Below are positions 35,014 through 44,382 of a stretch of 46,869 nucleotides of DNA, piece by piece. The stretch's first letter is position 1. Every line of letters starts with the position of its first letter. The notes beneath the pieces were generated by a model. That model was not told where the DNA came from. It worked only from the letters and a program-made list of their open reading frames with translations, and searched no databases. Origin of the DNA: a virus (lineage: Duplodnaviria; Caudoviricetes); IMG/VR virus record IMGVR_UViG_3300044699_000025, positions 1-46,869 of that record; one strand, 5' to 3'. Both the position numbers and the translations under genes were made by a program.

Positions 35014-36309
35014 CTAGTCTTTCATTAGCACATCAAGTGTAGACATTCCACGTGGAATATCCGATGTTTTTCTAATCTTTCCACTAGAAGGGGAAGTGGA
35101 TTTCCCAGGTGTTATTGGACCCTTTTTAGGAGTCGGTGTTTCTTCATCATTACTATCATCAGAAACTCGTCTGCCCAAACCTTTCAAAGCATCATTTCTG
35201 GCCTTTTTAATCACTGATGGCAACAGTGTTTTAGCCTTTGAAAGATACGCAGACTTGATTCTGTCCGTAGATTCCTTATCGAATCCACGTTCAAACGCCT
35301 TTTCCCACAGTCTGTCTAGAAGTCCACGAAATCTTGAATCCTTCGATATCAAATCCTCAAGTGTTTCATGTGCTTCTCTGACTGCATTTTTCCTCACGTA
35401 ATCCGTCATCGTCTTACGCGGATCGATATTCTGATCTATCGTGGATTTCAGCACATTATCAGCTTTAGACTGTAATTCACCCTTAACAGACTCAAACCGA
35501 CCCATTACCTGCTGTTGTTCACGATATTGATTTTCCTGTTGTGCTCGTGTTTCACGCGGATCTGACTGACGTGAAAGAGTCGTAGGTGGCGTGAAATTCT
35601 GTGAACCAAATACGAATTGATTCAGAATGTTCGCGGCTGCCTGTAATGGCGCTCCCTGCTCACCTAACGCGCGGCCCTCTTTCACCATCGTCACGATGGT
35701 ATCTTTAATCACGTTTCCCAATACGTGATAATATGCCTGCTGATCTACCTTCCTGAGTGCAGGTAGATAGTTATCAGCGATCTTGTAGAATGCTTCCTGA
35801 TCCCCGTTCTTCGTAGCAGCTAGTACTTGACTAATATCTCCACTCATCAAGGACTGATCGATATCGTCCATGAATCTAGCTTTTTCTACAGCAGTTTTAG
35901 CATCCTGAATAGTCGGCAACAATTCAGTGAACTGTTGCTCACGATAGTATGCCTTCTCAAGATATGGAAAGTCCTTGAATAGTTGAGGATATTTAGCTAG
36001 AATCTCACGTCTACGAACTGGCGTAGTAAGTTCTAGATCCTCTTCTTTAGGACCTTCTAATTCTTCTTCAAGTTCCTTCAGTTCATCTACTTCTTCATCT
36101 TTCTCTTCATCTTCAGTTTCTTTTCCCTCTCCTTCATTATCATCAGTATCTTCTTTCTTCTCTTTCTTGTCTTTAGGTAATTCGAGAGTTTCAACAGGAT
36201 CTTCAACATTAAGCAACTCTAATGTTTCCAATCCATCGTCAGCATTAGTATCTGAACCAGAACCACCACCTTCTACAGGTGAGTAGTATTTAATGAGTGA
36301 CAGGTGCAT
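35014..36309 (-). CDS. Capsid scaffolding protein
   Basis: Acidic N-terminus, helical body and basic tail; between portal and capsid. Confidence 0.7.
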   Translation of the reverse strand: MHLSLIKYYSPVEGGGSGSDTNADDGLETLELLNVEDPVETLELPKDKKEKKEDTDDNEGEGKETEDEEKDEEVDELKELEEELEGPKEEDLELTTPVRRREILAKYPQLFKDFPYLEKAYYREQQFTELLPTIQDAKTAVEKARFMDDIDQSLMSGDISQVLAATKNGDQEAFYKIADNYLPALRKVDQQAYYHVLGNVIKDTIVTMVKEGRALGEQGAPLQAAANILNQFVFGSQNFTPPTTLSRQSDPRETRAQQENQYREQQQVMGRFESVKGELQSKADNVLKSTIDQNIDPRKTMTDYVRKNAVREAHETLEDLISKDSRFRGLLDRLWEKAFERGFDKESTDRIKSAYLSKAKTLLPSVIKKARNDALKGLGRRVSDDSNDEETPTPKKGPITPGKSTSPSSGKIRKTSDIPRGMSTLDVLMKD

Positions 36310-38632
36310 TTTGATCTACTCCCATTGGAACCCCATGACTCTTGGGCAGGGGTTGTTTTTTGCCACTTGGTCCTGGTGGTGGCGGTTGTTCTGGACCCAT
36401 TTGTTGTAACTGTTGTTGCATCATTAGTAATGAAGCCGCATCTTTGTGCATCTTCATGTGCAATAGAACATTTTCATATCCAGCAGGATTTTCATTCTTA
36501 CACAGTCTACCCGCGTCGCCAATCAACCAGCGCCGACAGATATCTGCCTCTAACTCATGATTATCCACATCTACATCAACCGTAATACTTGGCTGATTTT
36601 GCGGAGGTGGAGGAGGTTGACCATTCATCATGGCCTGTTGTTCCACCATTGGATCTGGTGGTACTTGAATAGGCTCACTATTTATCAACAATTCGATTTC
36701 TTCGTATTGTTTCTGCCTATCATCCTCACCAGGAATAATGAAATCAGTTAGCCCAATAGCCTTCTTAATGTATGGAATATTTTCTGGTGATAGTAATGTT
36801 TGCATAATTGAATCATTATTCATTCCAAACAATTCCATGATAGCATCTTTCTGCTGATTCCACGTAATCGGCAGATTTTCATTTGCTTCTAATTCAATTG
36901 AACCAATTTTACCTTCTAGTTCAGATTTACGAATAAATACATTCACGAAATTACCAAATTCATTCTTCTTTACCTGCTTCTCATCATCTTTCATCTCAGC
37001 TATATAAAGAGGAATGACCTTACCAAATACACTTTTCCACCAACTTAGGAGCATTTTCCAGGTAGTCTGTAGTCGTTGGAGAGCTTGCGATCGGGACATA
37101 CTGTATTCGGATGCAGTACGAGAACCCGACATTTGCCCACCAAATAAACTTGGTAGCGCACCGGATACCATTTGCCCGATTTCTTGAATCTTTTGGGCGA
37201 ATGGTAATACTTCCTGACTGAGAGTAGCAGTTTTGACCTCATAGAAACCTTCACTCAGTGCGCGGCCAGATTTCGGTGTAGCAGGATAAATTCCACCAGG
37301 AATTACTTCACTATTTCTGTATGCGTTGAAATTCAATACTTTAGGATCTGCAAACGTCTGCGGAATTCCATGTTCGACAGTCTGAAGAACGAGTGAAATG
37401 AGATCATTAGTGATGTCTTGTACCGAAGTGAGAAGTAAACCAATCGGATCGAAGTGAATATAATCCGATAGAGGGTTATAAGTAAGAGTCCAGTAATCAT
37501 CAAGGGCTTCATTACAGGCATAAACTACCTTATCGTTAATTACGACGACCTTTGCGCCGTTAGGATATTCCTTCTTCATCGCATCTGCTTCGTCTTCATT
37601 CAATACATTGAAGGCTGAAGGACGAAACCAACAATTTCGTACTGTGACATTATTGACTGGATGTTCTCCACGATATTGCGGGGATGTGCGTCCCCACTGT
37701 TCATACATATCATAATTTGCTGCACCTTTAGAGAGTTGATCGTGTAGTTCAGGGTATTGTTCGAGTACGTTAGCGTAATGTGTTTCATACGAATCAATTA
37801 GATAAGAGCAATCAGCTTGATTACGCGCCCATACAGGAACTTTAACGAATAGTCCACCCTTCACTTCCATGCAGATACGAGATTTAGGATGTTTAGTAAT
37901 TCCAACTAATCTCGTAACAGTGATGGTCTGTTGTCTCTTATCAGGAATAACCTGTTGAGCACAATTAGGACAGACTTCTAACCCTTCATCAATAGCATCA
38001 TTGATGGGCGCATCTTCTGAATCAGGCTGAAACTTATCTTTTTGTTCAGAAACAATGGTTGGATCTGCCATTTGTGTTTGACACAACGGACAAATCTGAG
38101 TTTCTTCAAGATGTACCGATTCTTCGTATTTCTTTTCTTCGTATGTACCGTATTTCTCGTCTTCTTTTGCATACGAATAACACGCCGTCATTCCTTCAGT
38201 ACAGAACACGAAGAGTGCGTGTAGCCAAAGTATAGGAGCATCATTGTGCTTGAAAATCAATGCAGCAATTTTATCTCCTGCCTTAGCAGTAACGATATCT
38301 AGGGGATTATCAGCATCGTCAGGATAGCAAGTGATAGGAGGAACAGTAATAGATAGAGCAGCAATAATTGACTCAAGATATGCGCGAAAGATATTGACTG
38401 GCTTATCATAGAACCCTTGATCAGATTCTTCACCCGCTCTCTGACTTTCCGGTATACGCCAGTCATGCGCTACCTCACTATAGTAAGTATGCTGAATATT
38501 TTCCCATAATAGTTTGAGTCTACGCCATTGTCTAATCTGACGATCACGGACAGCACGATCCTCATCATCGAAATGATCAACGATAGATTTAAGTTGTCGC
38601 TTAATGTCGTCCGTTAGTTCTTTATGAGCCAT
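36290..38632 (-). CDS. Portal protein
   Basis: 780 aa; VNIFRAYLESIIAAL, LFGG..SRTASE and Q/P-rich C-terminus; downstream of TerL. Confidence 0.85.
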   Translation of the reverse strand: MAHKELTDDIKRQLKSIVDHFDDEDRAVRDRQIRQWRRLKLLWENIQHTYYSEVAHDWRIPESQRAGEESDQGFYDKPVNIFRAYLESIIAALSITVPPITCYPDDADNPLDIVTAKAGDKIAALIFKHNDAPILWLHALFVFCTEGMTACYSYAKEDEKYGTYEEKKYEESVHLEETQICPLCQTQMADPTIVSEQKDKFQPDSEDAPINDAIDEGLEVCPNCAQQVIPDKRQQTITVTRLVGITKHPKSRICMEVKGGLFVKVPVWARNQADCSYLIDSYETHYANVLEQYPELHDQLSKGAANYDMYEQWGRTSPQYRGEHPVNNVTVRNCWFRPSAFNVLNEDEADAMKKEYPNGAKVVVINDKVVYACNEALDDYWTLTYNPLSDYIHFDPIGLLLTSVQDITNDLISLVLQTVEHGIPQTFADPKVLNFNAYRNSEVIPGGIYPATPKSGRALSEGFYEVKTATLSQEVLPFAQKIQEIGQMVSGALPSLFGGQMSGSRTASEYSMSRSQALQRLQTTWKMLLSWWKSVFGKVIPLYIAEMKDDEKQVKKNEFGNFVNVFIRKSELEGKIGSIELEANENLPITWNQQKDAIMELFGMNNDSIMQTLLSPENIPYIKKAIGLTDFIIPGEDDRQKQYEEIELLINSEPIQVPPDPMVEQQAMMNGQPPPPPQNQPSITVDVDVDNHELEADICRRWLIGDAGRLCKNENPAGYENVLLHMKMHKDAASLLMMQQQLQQMGPEQPPPPGPSGKKQPLPKSHGVPMGVDQNAPVTH

Positions 38633-39360
38633 TATCGTCTACCATTACCAGAGTAGATACGTGGCATACGACTGACTTGAGTCTGATACTTGCCTTCCGC
38701 ATCAGGCTCACCAATATTCGTAGTCACATCATATCCACGACGGAATGGTTGATTCTGAATTGCCTGTTGCCGTCCCTGGAAGATTGACTGTGCTAGATTC
38801 GGATTACGTTGATCCACCTGATTCATTGGATTATCATTGTAACTGTATCCACCACGTGGCATGATAGTTCCAGACTCACGTGATACAGATGGTGTATATG
38901 AATCACTTGATGGTGCAGTTCTCGCTGCTTGAGAATTCCGATAATGATCTGTTATGGAATCTTTTACAATTCCACCAACAATTGTGCTCCAATCAGGTCC
39001 TGATTTACCTTCATCCATCGGCTGTCTTCCAGTAGCAGCATTAGTTAGAATACTAGTTCCAACTTTCTTAGCTACATTCTTGGCAATAGCTCCCTTAGTA
39101 ACAGCTTTCGCCACACCTGATGATGGTCCAATTCCTTTAACTGGAATCTTCGCACCCATGTATCCTGTAGCTCCACCAATGCCACCAGCTAATGCCGCAT
39201 CTTTCCAGCTACCGCCTTCTAATTTCCTTGATGCTGCACTAGTTCCAGCACTGATAGCCATTGCAGCTAATGGACCCACACCTGGGATAGCCATCGCAGC
39301 GTATGGCGCGACTTTGAGTGCAACTTTTCCAATTGTCTTGAGCTTAGATTTTACACTCAT
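38632..39360 (-). CDS. Gly/Ala-rich protein with basic amphipathic N-terminus (possible ejected virion protein)
   Basis: KLKTIGKVALKVAPYAAMAIPGVGPLAAMAISAG...GGSWKDAALAGGIGG. Confidence 0.7.
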   Translation of the reverse strand: MSVKSKLKTIGKVALKVAPYAAMAIPGVGPLAAMAISAGTSAASRKLEGGSWKDAALAGGIGGATGYMGAKIPVKGIGPSSGVAKAVTKGAIAKNVAKKVGTSILTNAATGRQPMDEGKSGPDWSTIVGGIVKDSITDHYRNSQAARTAPSSDSYTPSVSRESGTIMPRGGYSYNDNPMNQVDQRNPNLAQSIFQGRQQAIQNQPFRRGYDVTTNIGEPDAEGKYQTQVSRMPRIYSGNGRR

Positions 39361-39361
39361 G

Positions 39362-39553
39362 TCAGACCACCACTTTACTTAGGTAATCCCACACGCCGAA
39401 AATCTTTAGAAGCCAAAGAATCACGGCGACTACCACAACGATATTGATGAGTCTCAACATCGTGCCATCAATGAATGATGCACCATATTTATTGATGAGC
39501 ATCAGGAGTACACCGACGACTATCAGAACTAGAACGACGGTTAGGAGAGGCAT
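39362..39553 (-). CDS. Two-TM small membrane protein (Thivi_2564-like; holin candidate)
   Basis: LIVVGVLLMLINKY...INIVVVVAVILWLL..FG; GGAGG RBS. Confidence 0.7.
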   Translation of the reverse strand: MPLLTVVLVLIVVGVLLMLINKYGASFIDGTMLRLINIVVVVAVILWLLKIFGVWDYLSKVVV

Positions 39554-39729
39554 TAGCGTTTCCTCCGCGCACTCCGATGAACTACATCATCAGATGGTCC
39601 GATTCCTTTACGCTTTTCAGACAACATGATTGCAATTGCCTGCTTACGGTCCTTCACAACTGGACCATGCTTTGACCCTGAGTGAAGATTACCGTGTTTC
39701 CACTTGTGCATCACTTCCGTGTACGGCAT
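39553..39729 (-). CDS. DUF6496-like small basic protein, 58 aa (not in the ORF track)
   Basis: VMHKWKHGNLHSGSKHGPVVKDRKQAIAIMLSEKR; AGGAG RBS. Confidence 0.75.
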   Translation of the reverse strand: MPYTEVMHKWKHGNLHSGSKHGPVVKDRKQAIAIMLSEKRKGIGPSDDVVHRSARRKR

Positions 39730-40036
39730 CTTTCACTCCTAGTTCTTTCTCCAACTTATATATTTCCTTCTGTCTATCACGCATCAACTGAGCCTTCTTA
39801 CGATCTTCTTGCTCTAACATCTGTTGACGCACGCGCCAAGGAGTGAATTGGGGTGTAATAGCTCTCGGTTCATCTGCTGATTGTGTAACTAGTTCGGGCT
39901 TATCCTTTTCTAGTAACCGTGCGAGTAGTTCTTTACGCTCGCCCTCACTCTTATCGAGTTGGTCACGTAAAACCTCGCATGTTAAACAAGAGATCGGATT
40001 AAGCCCGAACAACTTACGCAACAGTTCGCTGATCAT
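39689..40036 (-). CDS. Coiled-coil hypothetical protein
   Basis: CLTC followed by heptads; ATGA coupling. Confidence 0.7.
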   Translation of the reverse strand: MISELLRKLFGLNPISCLTCEVLRDQLDKSEGERKELLARLLEKDKPELVTQSADEPRAITPQFTPWRVRQQMLEQEDRKKAQLMRDRQKEIYKLEKELGVKDAVHGSDAQVETR

Positions 40037-40488
40037 TTGACTACCACTTCTTTTTTCAGTAGTTCGACTGTATTTTGAAATGCGCGCTCAAGAATTGAAT
40101 GATCCAAATGTAATGGATACACCGAACCTGATCGTCCCATTCCTGACATCACACAATCAGCAATAAAATCCAACACATCAATCAGATTCACATCATCTGG
40201 AACTCCATCAGATTCCATTAGATGATGTCGATTCGATTTACGATGTGCATCCCACCATGTAGTCTGTTTGAATCCCGTCACGAAATCCCGATGAAAGCCA
40301 TTTATATCCGTGATTTTATCAGGATCATGATTAGTCTTAGCATCTCGAATTCTTTCAATGAAGAATTCTAATGCCTGATGGATGTCATCGATATGTTGAA
40401 CTGAACTTTTGTATAGTTCTTCTTTAGTGACATTCTTGAAGTCACACGTCCGCGTGTCAGCAGTTGCACTCTTTTCAATTGTAATCAT
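40033..40488 (-). CDS. DUF5662-like HD-type metal-binding protein
   Basis: HIDDI, HDPDK, H..SNRHH and LIDVLDFIADC. Confidence 0.7.
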   Translation of the reverse strand: MITIEKSATADTRTCDFKNVTKEELYKSSVQHIDDIHQALEFFIERIRDAKTNHDPDKITDINGFHRDFVTGFKQTTWWDAHRKSNRHHLMESDGVPDDVNLIDVLDFIADCVMSGMGRSGSVYPLHLDHSILERAFQNTVELLKKEVVVK

Positions 40489-40499
40489 TACTTCTCCTA

Positions 40500-42137
40500 T
40501 CAGTGTCGGTATCTTCCTACTGGTTTAATCTGATCTGCCTCATCAGATTCAACTTTATTCATGTTCCGATAGAATGCAGTCCAGTCTTGGGTATTATTTA
40601 GATTATTTACTAATGCCTCTTGAGCCTGGATCTTCTTAAATTCTTGATTGCTCTCATCAAAAAAACCCTCGGCTGCGTCTACCAAGTAACGCAGGCCATC
40701 TATCGGATCATCACCTTCAAATTCCGCAATATCCTCAGCAGGTTTATTCCCCTTTGGCTTGTCATAAGAACAGGCCTTGATTGCTTCGACAAGAACCGGG
40801 CACGCACCGTGGAATATCTGGAGTTTTGGGATATTGGTCTCGGGTTCCTGCGGACTGAATGAGGCGATATAACTCTTATACTCATTCATACCTCGATTCC
40901 GCATAATCCACATCGCATATTCATCATCGTACTGACCTACTTCAGATGGATTCACTACTTTAGGTTGCCACCTAAGATATTCGTGAATCAGAATCTTTCC
41001 GGCTACTCGACTACCCGGTGTATTATTTGAAAGTTCAATAGGTTGCTGTAGTTCGTTCTCAATTTGCTGTTGGATTGTGTGTTCCTGTCCTCTATCCTGT
41101 CCAGCAGACTTACAGAATCTAATGAGCCGTGGTGATTCTTTATCGATATAGAGTTTGACATGAGGTGCCCACTCAGCTATCTTCGTCTTAACCCAATACT
41201 GCTCACGGTAAATATACACGCGCTTATGTGGACTGATTGCAGCCCATCCAATCCATGTCATCGCACGAAATCCCCAGTCGCCAACCATAATACGGGGCCA
41301 CCATTGTGGAATCTCAAATGGTTCAATCACATGAATCGCATTGGATGGTTCATCTTCAAACTTACGATCTCTAAATTCGTCGAATACTTGTCCCTGATAC
41401 GCGTCCCAATCACCAAGCAGTTTGGCTTTTCGCTCAGCTTCAATAGTAATTCCTTGAAGCGACTGTTTGTAGGTTGGATCGATATGTGGATTGTCCTCCA
41501 GTGTGGAGTGGATGTAGATTCTTTTGTTCCCACCACGTCCGACAATTATTTTTCCACCTTTCGGATATGGCTTGATGAACCGTTTATAAGTCCAAGTATG
41601 ACCAATACCACCAGGCATACCAGCAGCACGAGTAATGGACGGTAATCCACTATCCTTTGGGGCTCTATTTCTTTGAAAAGTGATGTAGGTATAGATCCAT
41701 TCAGTAATTGAAGTAAGCTCATCAGGGGTGTATAAACAGATTTGCATTGTATCGTATTGATGCACATCATCTTCATTTTCACAATGACCTAGAAAGATCA
41801 TTGCTCCTTCATTAGCTCTTCCTGAACCATACTGATCTTCGCGTGGAAATGTCCAACACATTTCAGTCTTATTAAGAGTCGCGCCAAATCGTCTATACAA
41901 TTCTCTGGAGCGAGGTATGATTTCATTTCTAAGTTCAGGATAGGTCCGCCGCATGAAAACTTGCTTAAACTTCGGATGCTCATGCCAGCGGTGGACAATT
42001 CCATACAGTAATAACACGTCCGACTTACCTGATCCGGCACCTCCTCCATAGAATGCCTCTTTTATTGTAGTGGGGAGAGATAGAAATAGTTCCTGTTTCG
42101 GAGTTGGCTTCCATTCATTCGATGAAAGTACAGGCAT
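40500..42137 (-). CDS. terL: Terminase large subunit
   Basis: PTPKQ, YGGGAGSGKS Walker A, RRTYPEL, DELT Walker B, DNPHI, GDWG and DDPIDGLRY nuclease motifs. Confidence 0.93.
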   Translation of the reverse strand: MPVLSSNEWKPTPKQELFLSLPTTIKEAFYGGGAGSGKSDVLLLYGIVHRWHEHPKFKQVFMRRTYPELRNEIIPRSRELYRRFGATLNKTEMCWTFPREDQYGSGRANEGAMIFLGHCENEDDVHQYDTMQICLYTPDELTSITEWIYTYITFQRNRAPKDSGLPSITRAAGMPGGIGHTWTYKRFIKPYPKGGKIIVGRGGNKRIYIHSTLEDNPHIDPTYKQSLQGITIEAERKAKLLGDWDAYQGQVFDEFRDRKFEDEPSNAIHVIEPFEIPQWWPRIMVGDWGFRAMTWIGWAAISPHKRVYIYREQYWVKTKIAEWAPHVKLYIDKESPRLIRFCKSAGQDRGQEHTIQQQIENELQQPIELSNNTPGSRVAGKILIHEYLRWQPKVVNPSEVGQYDDEYAMWIMRNRGMNEYKSYIASFSPQEPETNIPKLQIFHGACPVLVEAIKACSYDKPKGNKPAEDIAEFEGDDPIDGLRYLVDAAEGFFDESNQEFKKIQAQEALVNNLNNTQDWTAFYRNMNKVESDEADQIKPVGRYRH

Positions 42138-42158
42138 CTTTTCCTACAAATAATCGAA

Positions 42159-42494
42159 CTATCGACCGAATCGACCACGCATCATCATAATTCGATTCAT
42201 CATGCCTGGATTAGGTCCAACTCCCTGATTTGGATTCATTTGAGCAGGTGGACCCATTGGTGGTAGATTCATTGGCTGAGGATTTATCCCTACAGGTGCA
42301 GGGATTGGAGGATTCATTGGGGGACGCATCGCCATTTGTGGTTGAACTTGTGGTCCCTGTCCCATAGCTTGTGGAGGCATTGGTTTAGGTTGTAATTGAG
42401 GCATCATTTGAGGTGACGGCCCAATACCTTGTGGTTTGTTCTGTGGAATCCGATTCATCATCTGAGCGCGTATCCTATCTAGTGGTACTGGCAT
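42159..42494 (-). CDS. Pro/Gln/Met-rich low-complexity protein
   Basis: GAGG RBS; composition. Confidence 0.65.
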   Translation of the reverse strand: MPVPLDRIRAQMMNRIPQNKPQGIGPSPQMMPQLQPKPMPPQAMGQGPQVQPQMAMRPPMNPPIPAPVGINPQPMNLPPMGPPAQMNPNQGVGPNPGMMNRIMMMRGRFGR

Positions 42495-42514
42495 TCCTCT
42501 ACTCCTTCAATTAA

Positions 42515-42925
42515 CTACTGACGCCATGTCCCATTGACTGAAATTGTTCCCATCAGAAAGTCACTTGATGTAGCTTCACGAAATAACGTCCCATTGATTA
42601 CGATTTGAGCAGCTAGAAATGGTGCAGTAGTGCCCATGCTGTATCCGAGTGGAGTTACATCGAGTGAAAGAAACATCAACTTCTGATCTGTTGTGAATGA
42701 AACGAAATATGGAAGAGTGGTTACAGTTTGTGTCAACCCGTCTAACGGATCACTGTATCGAATCCGAGCAGATGACGCATTACCAACTACTCTGAACTCT
42801 ACTTTAGTTGTCGTAACTATTGGTACTACTGGTGCGGCAGGTGGTGGTGCAACAGGATTATATATGTTCGTATCACCACACGCACTTACTAGTCCAACAA
42901 GTAGAATGAGAGGAATGAGTCTCAT
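42515..42925 (-). CDS. Lipoprotein with beta-sandwich domain
   Basis: MRLIPLILLVGLVSA-C lipobox; Pro linker. Confidence 0.8.
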   Translation of the reverse strand: MRLIPLILLVGLVSACGDTNIYNPVAPPPAAPVVPIVTTTKVEFRVVGNASSARIRYSDPLDGLTQTVTTLPYFVSFTTDQKLMFLSLDVTPLGYSMGTTAPFLAAQIVINGTLFREATSSDFLMGTISVNGTWRQ

Positions 42926-43165
42926 TTAGTCCCTCTTTAGTGTGACCACAGCATTACCAGCAGCTTTAATGAATCCGCCACCCACAGTAGCTTGACCACC
43001 TGCTAGTGTTACGGCTGAATTCGCTGTAAATGCTGCATCACTAGACTGAGTGATAGTCGGTGTGGCAGCATCAGTGAATAGTGTAGCCTTCACAGCAGGA
43101 AGTGCATACGCGATACCAGCTAATAGAGTGACTGGTGTACCGAGTGGAAGGAGTTGTACTGGCAT
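42926..43165 (-). CDS. Small beta-rich hypothetical protein
   Basis: AAGGA RBS. Confidence 0.7.
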   Translation of the reverse strand: MPVQLLPLGTPVTLLAGIAYALPAVKATLFTDAATPTITQSSDAAFTANSAVTLAGGQATVGGGFIKAAGNAVVTLKRD

Positions 43166-43169
43166 ATCT

Positions 43170-43403
43170 TCATTCCTTCACGATAGAATCTGGATCGTTA
43201 AACACTACCGCCTTAATAGCCCACATCGCAGTCTGTTCGTTGTTAGTTATGGCTAGTGATCTGTGTCGAGAGTTTGGACACACTTCAAGAATGATTCTCT
43301 CCATCTCAGAAAATGCTGATCTGAGTCGAGTGATTTTCTCTAGTCCATCTGGTGAGGGCGCGTGATACGCATACGGTTTATCTATCTGATTCTGTTCAGG
43401 CAC
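43170..43403 (-). CDS. Acb2/Tad1-like helical hairpin protein (candidate cyclic-nucleotide sponge)
   Basis: YAYHAP...LR..F...I...CPNSRHRSLAIT..EQTAMWAIKAV pattern. Confidence 0.65.
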   Translation of the reverse strand: MPEQNQIDKPYAYHAPSPDGLEKITRLRSAFSEMERIILEVCPNSRHRSLAITNNEQTAMWAIKAVVFNDPDSIVKE

Positions 43404-43426
43404 TTTGTCCTCTTCTCTTGAACTGA

Positions 43427-43942
43427 CTATTTCTTTACTGGTACTGTAGTTGGTTTCTGTGTCACTGGAGTTGGTGTCAGTGTTGCAGCAGCAACACCAT
43501 CAGTGAATGTGAACATCATTGGATCTGATTGAACCCCATCTGGATTCAATACATAGACAGGCAAAGAATCAGGTCCAACCCATACTGCCATATTCACACC
43601 TGTCGTCAGTTCTGTTGGACTAACAACAGTAGTCGGCTCCTCCACTCCGGCGAATACAATGATGGAACCAGTTTTGAATCCAGTTCCATGAACATGCAGA
43701 ACGAATGACGGATCACCTAGTTCTGCACTGTTTGGAGTGAGTGTGGAAATTACAGGAGGCACAGTGATTCCTGCTGACAAGATATGCGCAATTGCAGCAT
43801 ATGCTTTATCTGAAAACAGTGAATCACTAGATGACTTATCTAATACCTTCTTGATTAGTTGTTTCTGTTCTTCAGTCACCAGTAAAGCAGGAGATGACAA
43901 GAGAACAGCATTGAATGGATCTGGTCGTAGAACTGATGGCAT
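43427..43942 (-). CDS. IPT/TIG (Ig-like) domain protein
   Basis: PVISTLTPNS...LHVHGTGF..GSII.F...TTVVSPTEL...VLNPDGVQS. Confidence 0.8.
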   Translation of the reverse strand: MPSVLRPDPFNAVLLSSPALLVTEEQKQLIKKVLDKSSSDSLFSDKAYAAIAHILSAGITVPPVISTLTPNSAELGDPSFVLHVHGTGFKTGSIIVFAGVEEPTTVVSPTELTTGVNMAVWVGPDSLPVYVLNPDGVQSDPMMFTFTDGVAAATLTPTPVTQKPTTVPVKK

Positions 43943-44004
43943 CTTATCTCTCCCACTCCACGGTTAGGGGACAATTCCCCCAACCGTACTTCATTACACT
44001 ACAG

Positions 44005-44361
44005 CTACTTAGGTTCCGGCATAGGTGTTTCGGGAAGCGAGTTATCAGGAACCAGAATCAGTCCCACACACGCGAGCCACTTCGCAACGAATCTATTACC
44101 CGGACGCGGAGGCCACACAACTGGAGGCGGCGTGGGTGTCGGTGTACCAGGTAGAGAGTTGTCAGGTGTAGTGGGATCGAAAGGAAATACAGGCAGCTGA
44201 ATTGCTTGTGGGGGAACTCCCGGCAGACCCTGCGATGGATACGGTGGCATACCTGGAAGTGAATTGTCTGGACGACCAGGAACAGATGGAAGGCCCTGAT
44301 CTGGTGACAATCCACCATTACCATCTAGAAACGTGATAATCGCTGTTCTCGAATACGGCAT
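44005..44361 (-). CDS. Pro-rich repeat protein (PDQGLP / PDNSLP repeats)
   Basis: PDQGLP, PDNSLP x3 and PSQGLP. Confidence 0.75.
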   Translation of the reverse strand: MPYSRTAIITFLDGNGGLSPDQGLPSVPGRPDNSLPGMPPYPSQGLPGVPPQAIQLPVFPFDPTTPDNSLPGTPTPTPPPVVWPPRPGNRFVAKWLACVGLILVPDNSLPETPMPEPK

Positions 44362-44382
44362 GGTATCTCTCTTTCCTGTTAA

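Noticed and set aside
19783-44154. Many plus-strand ORFs within the late block (and minus-strand ORFs within the early block)
   Set aside because: They are antisense to long, motif-bearing genes and show no recognisable domains
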